Assembly: GCA_910586865.1 (NCBI GenBank)
Contig: CAJUIY010000003.1
Span: 1 to 59,512 of the forward strand
Source of the DNA: an uncultured Bacilli bacterium
GTDB lineage: Bacteria > Bacillota_I > Bacilli_A > RF39 > UBA660
Length of the DNA stretch: 59,512 bases
Direction: 5' to 3'
Under the pieces are notes generated by a model. It was not told the origin of the DNA and searched no databases. It worked only from the letters and a program-made list of their open reading frames with translations. Position numbers and translations under genes: made by a program. Positions 9,280-17,046 of this stretch are shown here, piece after piece (position 1 is the stretch's first letter; each line of letters opens with the position of its first letter).

Positions 9280-9397
9280 AGAGCAACCCTTAGCTAGTGC
9301 TCTTTTCTTTTCGACTGAATGGAATTACTAAAGCCCAAGAACATCACCCTATTTTCGAAAGATAAGAATGGTATTCTCAGCCACTTCTTCCATTCTC
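9166..9397. repeat. copy A of a diverged direct duplication of about 230 bp (3' end of the DUF5661 gene, terminator, and a decayed 3' end of the Asp-box gene)
   Basis: Hand alignment with 13191-13426. The core (9223-9285 vs 13248-13309) is roughly 85-90% identical and the outer parts are weaker. Same orientation, about 4025 bp apart. Confidence 0.75.
9328..9397 (-). pseudogene. decayed fragment homologous to the 3' end of the Asp-box protein gene at 13229-13915
   Basis: On the minus strand, GAGAATGGAAGAAGTGGCTGAGAA ... CTTGGGCTTTAG aligns with GAAGATGGAAATGGCTATGAAGAG ... CTTGGGTTTTAG of the intact gene. The fragment is interrupted by stops. Confidence 0.35.
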
Positions 9398-9471
9398 AAA
9401 GAATAATTACAAATAAACTTCTTCTGTAAAAAAGAAATCGTATTTTCATATATATCATTTCACATTTCCGC

Positions 9472-10116
9472 CTATTTATTGTTAGAAAGTTTTTTTAGGA
9501 TGCCATCCTCAATCTGATAAGTTTCGTCACATAATTTATGAATATCTTCTTTAATATGCGTAGCTATAATAATTATTTTTCCATCTTTCTTCTCCTTTTG
9601 TAATAATTTTCTAATATTTTTGATACTATTATCATCTACTCCATTAAACGGCTCATCAAAAATTAAGACCTCAGGATCTTCCATAAGGACTTGAGCAATC
9701 CCCAACTTTTGTTTCATGCCTAACGAATACTTATGATATAGCTTATTTGCTTCTTTTTCAAGCCCTACGTTTTGTAATGATTTATCAATCTCGTCTTCTC
9801 CAATTTTAGATTGTAAAGAAGCTAGAAGACTGAGATTTTCTTTTCCTGTTAAATCTGGCAAAAAACTAGGATTTTCTATTAAGGCTCGAGTACTTGGTGG
9901 AAATAAATTATTTTTAATAATATCTACTCCATCAAATAATATTTGTCCTTCGGTTGGTTCCAAAAATGCACATAACATTTTTAATAATATGGTTTTCCCA
10001 GAACCATTAACTCCAATTATTCCATAAATATTTCCACTTTCAAAAGTTAAGTTTACTTTTCTCAATATTTCTACTTCCTTAAATTTTTTTGATACATTTT
10101 TTACTTCTATTTTCAT
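9472..10116 (-). CDS. ABC transporter ATP-binding protein, ABC-2 / lantibiotic-protection (LanF/BcrA)-like (214 aa)
   Basis: Walker A GVNGSGKT, signature YSLGMKQKLGIAQ (typical of LanF/BcrA-type NBDs), Walker B LIFDEP, H-loop ATH. Start overlaps the upstream permease stop by 4 nt. Confidence 0.85.
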   Translation of the reverse strand: MKIEVKNVSKKFKEVEILRKVNLTFESGNIYGIIGVNGSGKTILLKMLCAFLEPTEGQILFDGVDIIKNNLFPPSTRALIENPSFLPDLTGKENLSLLASLQSKIGEDEIDKSLQNVGLEKEANKLYHKYSLGMKQKLGIAQVLMEDPEVLIFDEPFNGVDDNSIKNIRKLLQKEKKDGKIIIIATHIKEDIHKLCDETYQIEDGILKKLSNNK

Positions 10117-11558
10117 AATTTACCTCCTAACATTTCCGTAACATTTCTTCTTTTTAATTTAATATTTTTTATCAGTTGTACCATTAAAATTATGGTAAGA
10201 ATTAGTAATCCATAAAGATAATGACGATACCAAATGATGTTTTTTGGCATTAGAGTGATAAAAATCATGATAAAGCAAAAAATCATTCCTTTTCTAATAA
10301 AATTACCCTCTTTACAGTGAAACAAAATCCATAGACTAACTTGTTGTACTATATTTGTAAATAAAACGTCGGATATGAATAAATTGATAATACTTTTGAA
10401 ATCGAAATTAGAATTAGTTTTTAAACATATCATTAAAATTAATACGATATACTGACTTATCTTTATCATAGTTAGTAAGAAAATAAGCACTATTTGTTTG
10501 TTAAAACACCATTTTGTAGTAGAAATCCTTAAAAATAAATTATCTTTCTTTCTAATCAAATCATGGATGTAAAAAGAGATTGCCAAATAGATGTGAATCA
10601 TAATGTTAATAATAAACATCATGATATCAATAGGAAAATAGCTATCTATCCTTAATCCCATGCTGGTAATCAGCATCTCCTCACTACTAATATCATAGTT
10701 AGAAATAATAAAATATAAAGAAAAGGCAGGAATAAGAATTAATGTGAGTATGTATTTATAATTTTTCTTTATCATATATTTTATATCGCTTATGGCAATA
10801 TATTTCATAAATATTTTCTCTCTCCTATTTATCAAGTGGTAGACAAAAATAACTAGTACTTCCAACAAAAGTATATATAGTAGAGAGTAACTAACTTCAA
10901 GCATAAAATTTCCATAATCAATATTTTCAAAATATCGCCAGATTGGTAACTGAAAAGTATTAGTAGTTTCCATGATTCCTAATGGATATAACCAAAAGGC
11001 AAAAACAAAGATAAAATCAATTACAATGACTTTTTCCTCTTTTAGTTTATGATACAAAAAGACATTAAAGATACTAACTAAAAGGGTAAGTACTATATAT
11101 CTTAGTAAATAAAAGATAGTATAGACCATATTATTAATATATCCATTATAGCTTTTGATATAGATATAGCCGCATTTTAAAATATTTACAACACTTAAAT
11201 AAGAAAGTAGGATAACTAAACTAACGATTAAATTACTGTAAACTACTAGTTTTATTAATTCTTTCAAATATTTCTTTTTGTTCTCTAGTCTTATAAGGTA
11301 AGAATCATATTGATTAAAAGTAGAACAAACATTCACGGTATTAATTAAAATTACTAAAAAGAATAAGCTATTGAAAGTTGCAAATTGAAAGGTATTTAAT
11401 ATTGCTGAAAAATAATTTTTAATTCCTGCCGTTAGAACAAAACTTCCATATAAACTTAAGAGAATGGATAAAAGTATGGTAGCTTTAAACTTTCTTGTTT
11501 TTGTGATAAATTTTAAAATCTCTGTAGTAGTATTTTTTTTATGAAATTTCTCTTTCAT
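10113..11558 (-). CDS. polytopic membrane protein, putative second permease component of the ABC-2 system (481 aa)
   Basis: More than 10 hydrophobic helices, extremely AT-rich coding. Overlaps both neighbours (20 nt with the upstream permease, 4 nt with the downstream ATPase). No recognisable motif. Confidence 0.65.
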   Translation of the reverse strand: MKEKFHKKNTTTEILKFITKTRKFKATILLSILLSLYGSFVLTAGIKNYFSAILNTFQFATFNSLFFLVILINTVNVCSTFNQYDSYLIRLENKKKYLKELIKLVVYSNLIVSLVILLSYLSVVNILKCGYIYIKSYNGYINNMVYTIFYLLRYIVLTLLVSIFNVFLYHKLKEEKVIVIDFIFVFAFWLYPLGIMETTNTFQLPIWRYFENIDYGNFMLEVSYSLLYILLLEVLVIFVYHLINRREKIFMKYIAISDIKYMIKKNYKYILTLILIPAFSLYFIISNYDISSEEMLITSMGLRIDSYFPIDIMMFIINIMIHIYLAISFYIHDLIRKKDNLFLRISTTKWCFNKQIVLIFLLTMIKISQYIVLILMICLKTNSNFDFKSIINLFISDVLFTNIVQQVSLWILFHCKEGNFIRKGMIFCFIMIFITLMPKNIIWYRHYLYGLLILTIILMVQLIKNIKLKRRNVTEMLGGKL

Positions 11559-12462
11559 TTTCGATCAAAACCCTTTCTTTCGTTTGGTAACTTTTCCATA
11601 AAATGATATAAGACGATATACAGAATAGAATAGAAAAGAAACAAGGAATGATTAAATTGTTATTGCTATCTAAATTCCAATATGCTAGTAGATTAAAATA
11701 TTCATATGGTATATCAATTCCTAATATTTTATTAATAATTAGGGCATAAACTCCTGCATATAAAATAATAACAAAGATAAAATAAGTGATATAAGCATAA
11801 AGAATGGTTATGAATTTTGATTTACTTTTTTTACAAAAGATAATTCCTATATTTCCATAGAATATTCCTAAAAAGAAGTGAATAATACACAATGCAAACC
11901 CATATAATAAAAAGTGATTATATTTAAAAGGTTCATATACAGCAATTCCTTTTACTTCCGCATCCATATTAAAATTAAACCTAGTAATCAAACAAGAAAG
12001 TATAAATGTCAAAATAAATAAAAACGGTAGGAATAAAGCGGGTTTTAAACTTTTTTTCAATATTTTTTTGAGGTAATCTTTATAACGAATTCTTGTTAAA
12101 TAATTTTTAATCATACCACTACTAAATTCAGAATGTATACTATTAATTGTTAAGATGATAATAATTAGAGGTTCTATTAATGGAAAGTTTTGAAATTCAT
12201 GATGCGCTACTATTTCATATGTCAAAGTAAGTGCATCTAATTTTTTTAATTTTTCTTTAGGGGATTCAAAGGTGCTAAACTCTTTACAGATAAGTTCATC
12301 TTTGGTTTTTTCACATTTTTCCTTTATTTCATTGTAATAGGGACCATATGAGTAATAATCTCTATAATATTGATAAAAAGAAATTAATACAATAAATATA
12401 GAAATAAAAATAGCTAATATTATCAGATTGTTTTTTTTAATATATCTTTTCCATTTTTCCAT
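11539..12462 (-). CDS. ABC-2-type permease-like membrane protein (307 aa)
   Basis: TM1, then an extracytoplasmic loop of about 70 aa, then five TMs. EFSSGMIKNYLTRIRYKDYLKK resembles the conserved E..sGt...ll..p.sR block of ABC-2 permeases. Confidence 0.65.
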   Translation of the reverse strand: MEKWKRYIKKNNLIILAIFISIFIVLISFYQYYRDYYSYGPYYNEIKEKCEKTKDELICKEFSTFESPKEKLKKLDALTLTYEIVAHHEFQNFPLIEPLIIIILTINSIHSEFSSGMIKNYLTRIRYKDYLKKILKKSLKPALFLPFLFILTFILSCLITRFNFNMDAEVKGIAVYEPFKYNHFLLYGFALCIIHFFLGIFYGNIGIIFCKKSKSKFITILYAYITYFIFVIILYAGVYALIINKILGIDIPYEYFNLLAYWNLDSNNNLIIPCFFSILFCISSYIILWKSYQTKERVLIENEREIS

Positions 12463-12527
12463 AAGGTAATTGTCCTTTCTTATTCGTCTGATAAATGCAA
12501 GTTTGGGGTAATTATTTCAGTTTTTTA

Positions 12528-12932
12528 TTAATCTAAATTCCAAGAACCATAGAAACTACCAGTAGTAATAAAAGAGTTTTTCGCTCTAAGATTCAAACGA
12601 TAAGTCGATGGTACTGTGTTGTTTCCATTGGTTTCTGTTAATTGAATAGAAGTTCCCTTTGGCAGACTTTTCCAACTAGATGTTGTGCCATTATTAACAC
12701 GATAAGTTCGTGCCTCGATTGCCATTTCGTTACCACTTACATCATCTGTACAAGTAGTTTTTACTGCAAACTGATTACTATAGTTATCTTTGTTGTGATT
12801 ATTAGTTGAGCTAGTTTGACTTCTTATCTTTATTGTTAAATCTACAATTCCTACGACTTGTGCAGATGCTGAACTTAGTGCAAAAAAGAATGTTAGAAGA
12901 AATAATAAAGATGTTATTTTTACGTATTTCAT
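12528..12932 (-). CDS. secreted beta-rich protein of unknown family (134 aa; mature about 110 aa)
   Basis: Strong RBS AAAGGAGG. Sec signal peptide with an ASA-Q cleavage site and no lipobox. The mature part is S/T/N-rich with alternating beta-strand-like patterns, and the C-terminus is GSFYGSWNLD. First gene of the ABC-2 cassette. Confidence 0.7.
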   Translation of the reverse strand: MKYVKITSLLFLLTFFFALSSASAQVVGIVDLTIKIRSQTSSTNNHNKDNYSNQFAVKTTCTDDVSGNEMAIEARTYRVNNGTTSSWKSLPKGTSIQLTETNGNNTVPSTYRLNLRAKNSFITTGSFYGSWNLD

Positions 12933-13190
12933 ATCATATCGTACCTCCTTTAATAATTACCCTGTTTGCACTTTATAATTATCATAATTTGTAGAATAAT
13001 GTTTCATAATTCTTTGAAATGTATAGTTAAGGAAGTTAACGGCTATTTTTTATTAAATCATAGCACATTGTTGACGTTTTGTATACTAATTTGTTATTCT
13101 TATACCATAGAAAGAATGATTTAGGATAAAATCATAATATCTAGGTTACAAAATCTTAAAACATCTCATTTTGTTATTTTAATTTGATGA

Positions 13191-13304
13191 CTTGTTTTTG
13201 CTTTGGCTCTCTTAAATGAATTTTCTAATTACAACAATAAACGCTCTGGATTACTTATTTTCGAAAAATCTTTAAAAATCCAAGCTACCAAATCAAAAAA
13301 ATAA
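13191..13304 (+). pseudogene. relic of the last 37 codons of a DUF5661-like gene
   Basis: Plus-strand translation LVFALALLNEFSNYNNKRSGLLIFEKSLKIQATKSKK* aligns with AKIALAHLNEFPNYYNKDYGLLVFEKFLESKLPKSKK* of 9007-9279. Preceded by an in-frame TGA at 13188, with no upstream coding continuation. Confidence 0.7.
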
Positions 13305-13426
13305 AGAGCCACTCTCAATCTATTGCTCTTTTCTTTTTGATTAACTGTATTTTCTAAAACCCAAGTAAGTCCTTTATCAATACTTTTAAACTCAAAATCC
13401 TTCTCTTCATAGCCATTTCCATCTTC
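13191..13426. repeat. copy B of the diverged direct duplication of about 230 bp
   Basis: See copy A. Here the Asp-box gene is the intact member and the DUF5661 part is the relic. Confidence 0.75.
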
Positions 13427-13915
13427 TGTTAAATCATAAACAGAACATTTCATTCTTAATTCGCTACCAGCTTGATAAGGAAATTCCTCGATTGTAATCA
13501 AATCCACATTTTCATTATCATAGGAAAACTTAGCATCCATAAAAGTTTTTCCTCCATCTAAAGTTACTTTAAATCCTTTAAAATCATTTTCTCTTCTTAT
13601 ATATCCAGTGGATATAACATAACCTACTTTCTCATTCGTAAACAAAAACCTGGCTTCTTGACTCACTGTAATTGGCTCCTTTGTTACTTTGGTATAACTT
13701 TTCCCATTGTCTGTACTTTTTTCCACTCCTACTATCCTATTTTGTCCAAGAACATCATCATATTTTTGAAAAGAAAGAATGGTATTTCTAAATCTTCTTG
13801 AATAGAGAAGATTCTCCTCTACTTTTTCTTTCTTATTATTAGAAAATAATAAGAAGAAAAAAACAATAAGGATACCAAGAATAAGAAATAGACTAAAAAT
13901 TTTTTTCTTGTCCAT
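13229..13915 (-). CDS. membrane-anchored extracytoplasmic protein with Asp-box (BNR-like) repeats (228 aa)
   Basis: N-terminal TM helix. Three S-x-D-x-G-x-(T/S)-(W/F/Y)-like motifs (STDNGKSY, TLDGGKTF, SIDKGLTW). Start abuts the stop of the upstream gene. The last about 35 codons read antisense through the DUF5661 relic. Confidence 0.65.
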   Translation of the reverse strand: MDKKKIFSLFLILGILIVFFFLLFSNNKKEKVEENLLYSRRFRNTILSFQKYDDVLGQNRIVGVEKSTDNGKSYTKVTKEPITVSQEARFLFTNEKVGYVISTGYIRRENDFKGFKVTLDGGKTFMDAKFSYDNENVDLITIEEFPYQAGSELRMKCSVYDLTEDGNGYEEKDFEFKSIDKGLTWVLENTVNQKEKSNRLRVALYFFDLVAWIFKDFSKISNPERLLL

Positions 13916-14695
13916 CTAACCACCTACCCTTTTTTGTTTTTTTATCTTTTCTTTAACGTCTTTTCTTTTTGAAATATATTCTTTCATCACTTGATAATAT
14001 TGATAGTCCCATTCTAAATTCTTATTTCCTTTTATTTGAGATATATTAGTGATTTGTTGATTTTGTAAATCACTATTAAAATCATCCATAAATTCACCTA
14101 ATGATGTTTTTAATATAGAAAATGAGAGAAAATCATATTTTTTTAGGTATTTTTTCACCACATCTTTAGGCGTTTCCCCTCTTCGTAAAAAGAAATAAGC
14201 AAGATCATATGGTGCTCGTGCATGTGGTTCTATTTCTTTTTCTAAATCCTCCCTTTCTATTTTCTCTGAAATTCTTCTGATCGTATTAGATTTCAATGCT
14301 CTTTCTGTCTGAAGAAGATAAATCATAGGGGAAAAGTTAGAATAGATTGGCTGTTTTCTTTCGATAAGAGAAGAGACAAGGAAAGAAAAGGTCTCTTCCG
14401 TCAACTCTTTTTCAAAATAATAAATAGTATATAGGATGGTAGTATAAGAAAAATTACCCTGATTCATAAAGGAAGAGTCTTTCAAAATAGATTGAAGAAA
14501 ATCATCTACTTCTTCCTTTAATTGCTTTACTCTTTTTCCTTCTTTGACATAAAGACTAGCTGAACACAAGCTGTAAAAAGCCCCTGATGCAAAATTCATA
14601 ATTTCGAAACATTTTTTCTCTAATTGGTCAACTCCTGCTACTTCGTTCATCCTAATATCCCCCAAAAACAAAATTTTCTCAATATACTCTATCAT
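13916..14695 (-). CDS. hypothetical cytoplasmic helical protein (259 aa)
   Basis: Long ORF 22 nt downstream of the histidine kinase gene and directly abutting the Asp-box gene. No recognisable motifs. Confidence 0.6.
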   Translation of the reverse strand: MIEYIEKILFLGDIRMNEVAGVDQLEKKCFEIMNFASGAFYSLCSASLYVKEGKRVKQLKEEVDDFLQSILKDSSFMNQGNFSYTTILYTIYYFEKELTEETFSFLVSSLIERKQPIYSNFSPMIYLLQTERALKSNTIRRISEKIEREDLEKEIEPHARAPYDLAYFFLRRGETPKDVVKKYLKKYDFLSFSILKTSLGEFMDDFNSDLQNQQITNISQIKGNKNLEWDYQYYQVMKEYISKRKDVKEKIKKQKRVGG

Positions 14696-14717
14696 AACAT
14701 AACTTTATCATAATGTC

Positions 14718-15740
14718 TCATTCTTTTCTTATTTTTTTCTCTTCAATATGATGTATACTACTTTTTGGAAGGATGAGAATTACTTTAGTATATTCTTTCT
14801 CTTTTGATTCTATTTGTAACTTTAATCCAAGTTTTTCACATAATTTATTGGAAAGATATAAACCCATACCAGTTGCTTGTTCTTTTTTTCGATTTTTTCC
14901 CGTAAAACCTTTTTCAAATACACGAGTAATATCAGAGGATAAAATACCACACCCATTATCCATTATTTCGAGGACTAGCTTGTTTTTCTCTTCTTTGGCT
15001 TTGATTTCTATTTTCTTTCTTTTTTTATCCAAATATTTAATGGAATTTTGAATGATTTGTGAAAGAATAAAAATTAACCATTTTTCATCGGTATAGACAA
15101 AGTAATCTAAATCTTTTATTTCTAGTTGAATCTTTCTTTTTAAAAGATAATTCTTATAATTTAAAAGTACTTGATGAATCACTTCCTCTAGCTTTATCTT
15201 TTTTACAAAATAATCGTGATAAACGTCTTCACTTCTCGCATAAAAAAGAATTTGTTCTACTAAATGATAAATTTTTTCTAATTCCTCTTTGGCTTCTTCC
15301 TGTTCTAAATTATCAAACATCAAAGATAATGCAGAAATAGGAGTTTTAATTTCATGTACAAAACTTTCAATATACTCACGATAATCCTTTTTTTCTTCCT
15401 CTATCATACTAAGTTTATCATGAAAAGATTTACAAGTTTTCTTTAACACTTCATAGTATCCTAGATTTTCTAGATTCTTTGGTCTTTTCATGATAGTAGA
15501 AATCAAATACTTTTCCTCCAAACTATCAACCATATGAATCATTTTTTCTACTTTTTTTCTCTCTTGGTAGAAATAAATTCCGAAAGAAAGAAAAGTATAA
15601 AAAAGAAAAATACTACAATAAAGAATAATAAAAGGAAAAGGGACTTGAAAAATACCTAGTAAAATACTATTAAAAACTAAAAAAGAAATAACAAAAATGA
15701 GAAACCATATTTTACTTTCTAGAAATGTTAAAAATCTCAT
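14718..15740 (-). CDS. BceS-type intramembrane-sensing histidine kinase (340 aa)
   Basis: Two N-terminal TM helices with almost no extracellular loop. H-box HEIKTPIS. N, G1 and G2 boxes (NSIKY, DNGCGI, GMGLYL). Overlaps the response regulator gene by 4 nt. Confidence 0.9.
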   Translation of the reverse strand: MRFLTFLESKIWFLIFVISFLVFNSILLGIFQVPFPFIILYCSIFLFYTFLSFGIYFYQERKKVEKMIHMVDSLEEKYLISTIMKRPKNLENLGYYEVLKKTCKSFHDKLSMIEEEKKDYREYIESFVHEIKTPISALSLMFDNLEQEEAKEELEKIYHLVEQILFYARSEDVYHDYFVKKIKLEEVIHQVLLNYKNYLLKRKIQLEIKDLDYFVYTDEKWLIFILSQIIQNSIKYLDKKRKKIEIKAKEEKNKLVLEIMDNGCGILSSDITRVFEKGFTGKNRKKEQATGMGLYLSNKLCEKLGLKLQIESKEKEYTKVILILPKSSIHHIEEKKIRKE

Positions 15741-16408
15741 AAGCGATACCCTTGTCCCCGAATCGTTTCTATAAAGTTAGTAATTCCAATCTCTTCTGCC
15801 TTTTTTCTTAAACGATTGATATTTACCATTAAAATATTCTCATCTAGATAACATTTATCATTCCATAGGTACTCTAACAGCTCCTCTTTCGTAATAATAC
15901 GATTCTCCTCTAAAAAGAAATAATAAAGAATACGAAATTCATTTCTCGTTAATTCTATTTCTCTTCCCTTATATTTTAAAATAGATAAGTGTAAATCTAA
16001 AGTGTACCCTTTTTTTGTAATCTCTTTATAGTTTTTAGGATCTATCATCTGAAGTGCTCTTTTGATTTTTTCTAATAAAATACTTTTATGATAAGGTTTT
16101 GTTATAAAATCAATTCCACCGGATTGAATACTAATTAATTCATCTTTTTGGGTATTTCTACTGGTAACAAAGAGAATAGGAATATTACTCTTCTTTTTAA
16201 TTCTTTTACAAATCGCAAAACCACTTTCATAAGGTAAATTAATGTCTAAGAGAATTAAGTTGATCGAATAAAGAGAAAGACTTTCTTCTATTTTTTCAAA
16301 GTCCGTTATTTTAATCGTCTGATAACCATTGGTTTCTAATAATTTCGAAAGTTCTTCTCGAATGACTTCTTCATCTTCAATAATCGCAATTGTCATGAAA
16401 AACACCAC
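15737..16408 (-). CDS. OmpR/BceR-family response regulator
   Basis: Receiver domain (IIEDEE...LLDINLP...) plus a winged-helix output (TRNEFRILYYF...RGQGYRL). The likely true start is ATG at 16396, preceded by AGGTGGTG. Confidence 0.9.
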   Translation of the reverse strand: MVFFMTIAIIEDEEVIREELSKLLETNGYQTIKITDFEKIEESLSLYSINLILLDINLPYESGFAICKRIKKKSNIPILFVTSRNTQKDELISIQSGGIDFITKPYHKSILLEKIKRALQMIDPKNYKEITKKGYTLDLHLSILKYKGREIELTRNEFRILYYFFLEENRIITKEELLEYLWNDKCYLDENILMVNINRLRKKAEEIGITNFIETIRGQGYRL

Positions 16409-16431
16409 CTACTTTTTATTGTACCATGTAT

Positions 16432-17001
16432 CTAAAACAATTCCATAAAAATACTATAAAAAATTAAAGTAAATGGTTTTCCAACCACAATATAAAGAAA
16501 AAACTTTTTTAGACTCATATTGGATAATCCTGCCACATAACATAATAAATCATCTGGTAGGCCTGGTAATAGAATCCCTAAGAAGAAGATTTGATGAAAT
16601 CTTTTTGTCTTAATATAGGCTAGATACTTCTCAATGGTTTCTTCTTTGAATAATTTTTTGACAAAAGGAAGACCATATCTTCTAGATAAAAGAAAAGCAA
16701 CAACAGAACCTAATACTAGACCAATATAGTTATAAATAAAACCAAAGATTGGACCAAAAGCAAGAACTCCTGCGAGACAAGAAGCTCCTCCTGGTATCAC
16801 AGGAAATACTACTTGTACCATCTGCAAGAAAAGGAAAAAGATTGGTGCTATGACCCCAAACTTTTGAATATAAGAAACGAGTATCTCCTTTTCTTTAAAA
16901 ATTCCTAGTTTTAATCCATAAAGAATAAAAAGAATAATTAAGATGGTCATAATAATCGTTACCATATGAAAGATTGTTTTTACTTTGTTTTTTTGCTGCA
17001 T
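16432..17001 (-). CDS. TVP38/TMEM64 (DedA-superfamily, SNARE-associated) membrane protein (189 aa)
   Basis: Typical TVP38 pattern: FPVIPGGASCLAGVLAFGP ... LPGLPDDLLCYVAGLS. Embedded between bceB and the two-component genes. Confidence 0.8.
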   Translation of the reverse strand: MQQKNKVKTIFHMVTIIMTILIILFILYGLKLGIFKEKEILVSYIQKFGVIAPIFFLFLQMVQVVFPVIPGGASCLAGVLAFGPIFGFIYNYIGLVLGSVVAFLLSRRYGLPFVKKLFKEETIEKYLAYIKTKRFHQIFFLGILLPGLPDDLLCYVAGLSNMSLKKFFLYIVVGKPFTLIFYSIFMELF

Positions 17002-17046
17002 TTTACTACTCCTTACTACTATTTATTATTTGTCTTTTTTTTCTTC

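Noticed and set aside
12528-12932. Direct homology of the secreted 134-aa protein to lactococcin 972. The C-terminal SFYGSW resembles the SFYYNFW end of Lcn972 as I remember it.
   Set aside because: The resemblance is limited to a short aromatic C-terminal patch. The length is different (about 110 vs about 66 mature residues). The W-x-x-G-Y-G-type N-terminal motif is absent. The ATPase is ABC-2/LanF-like rather than the MacB-like type of Lcn972 operons. Only the analogy in operon logic is kept.
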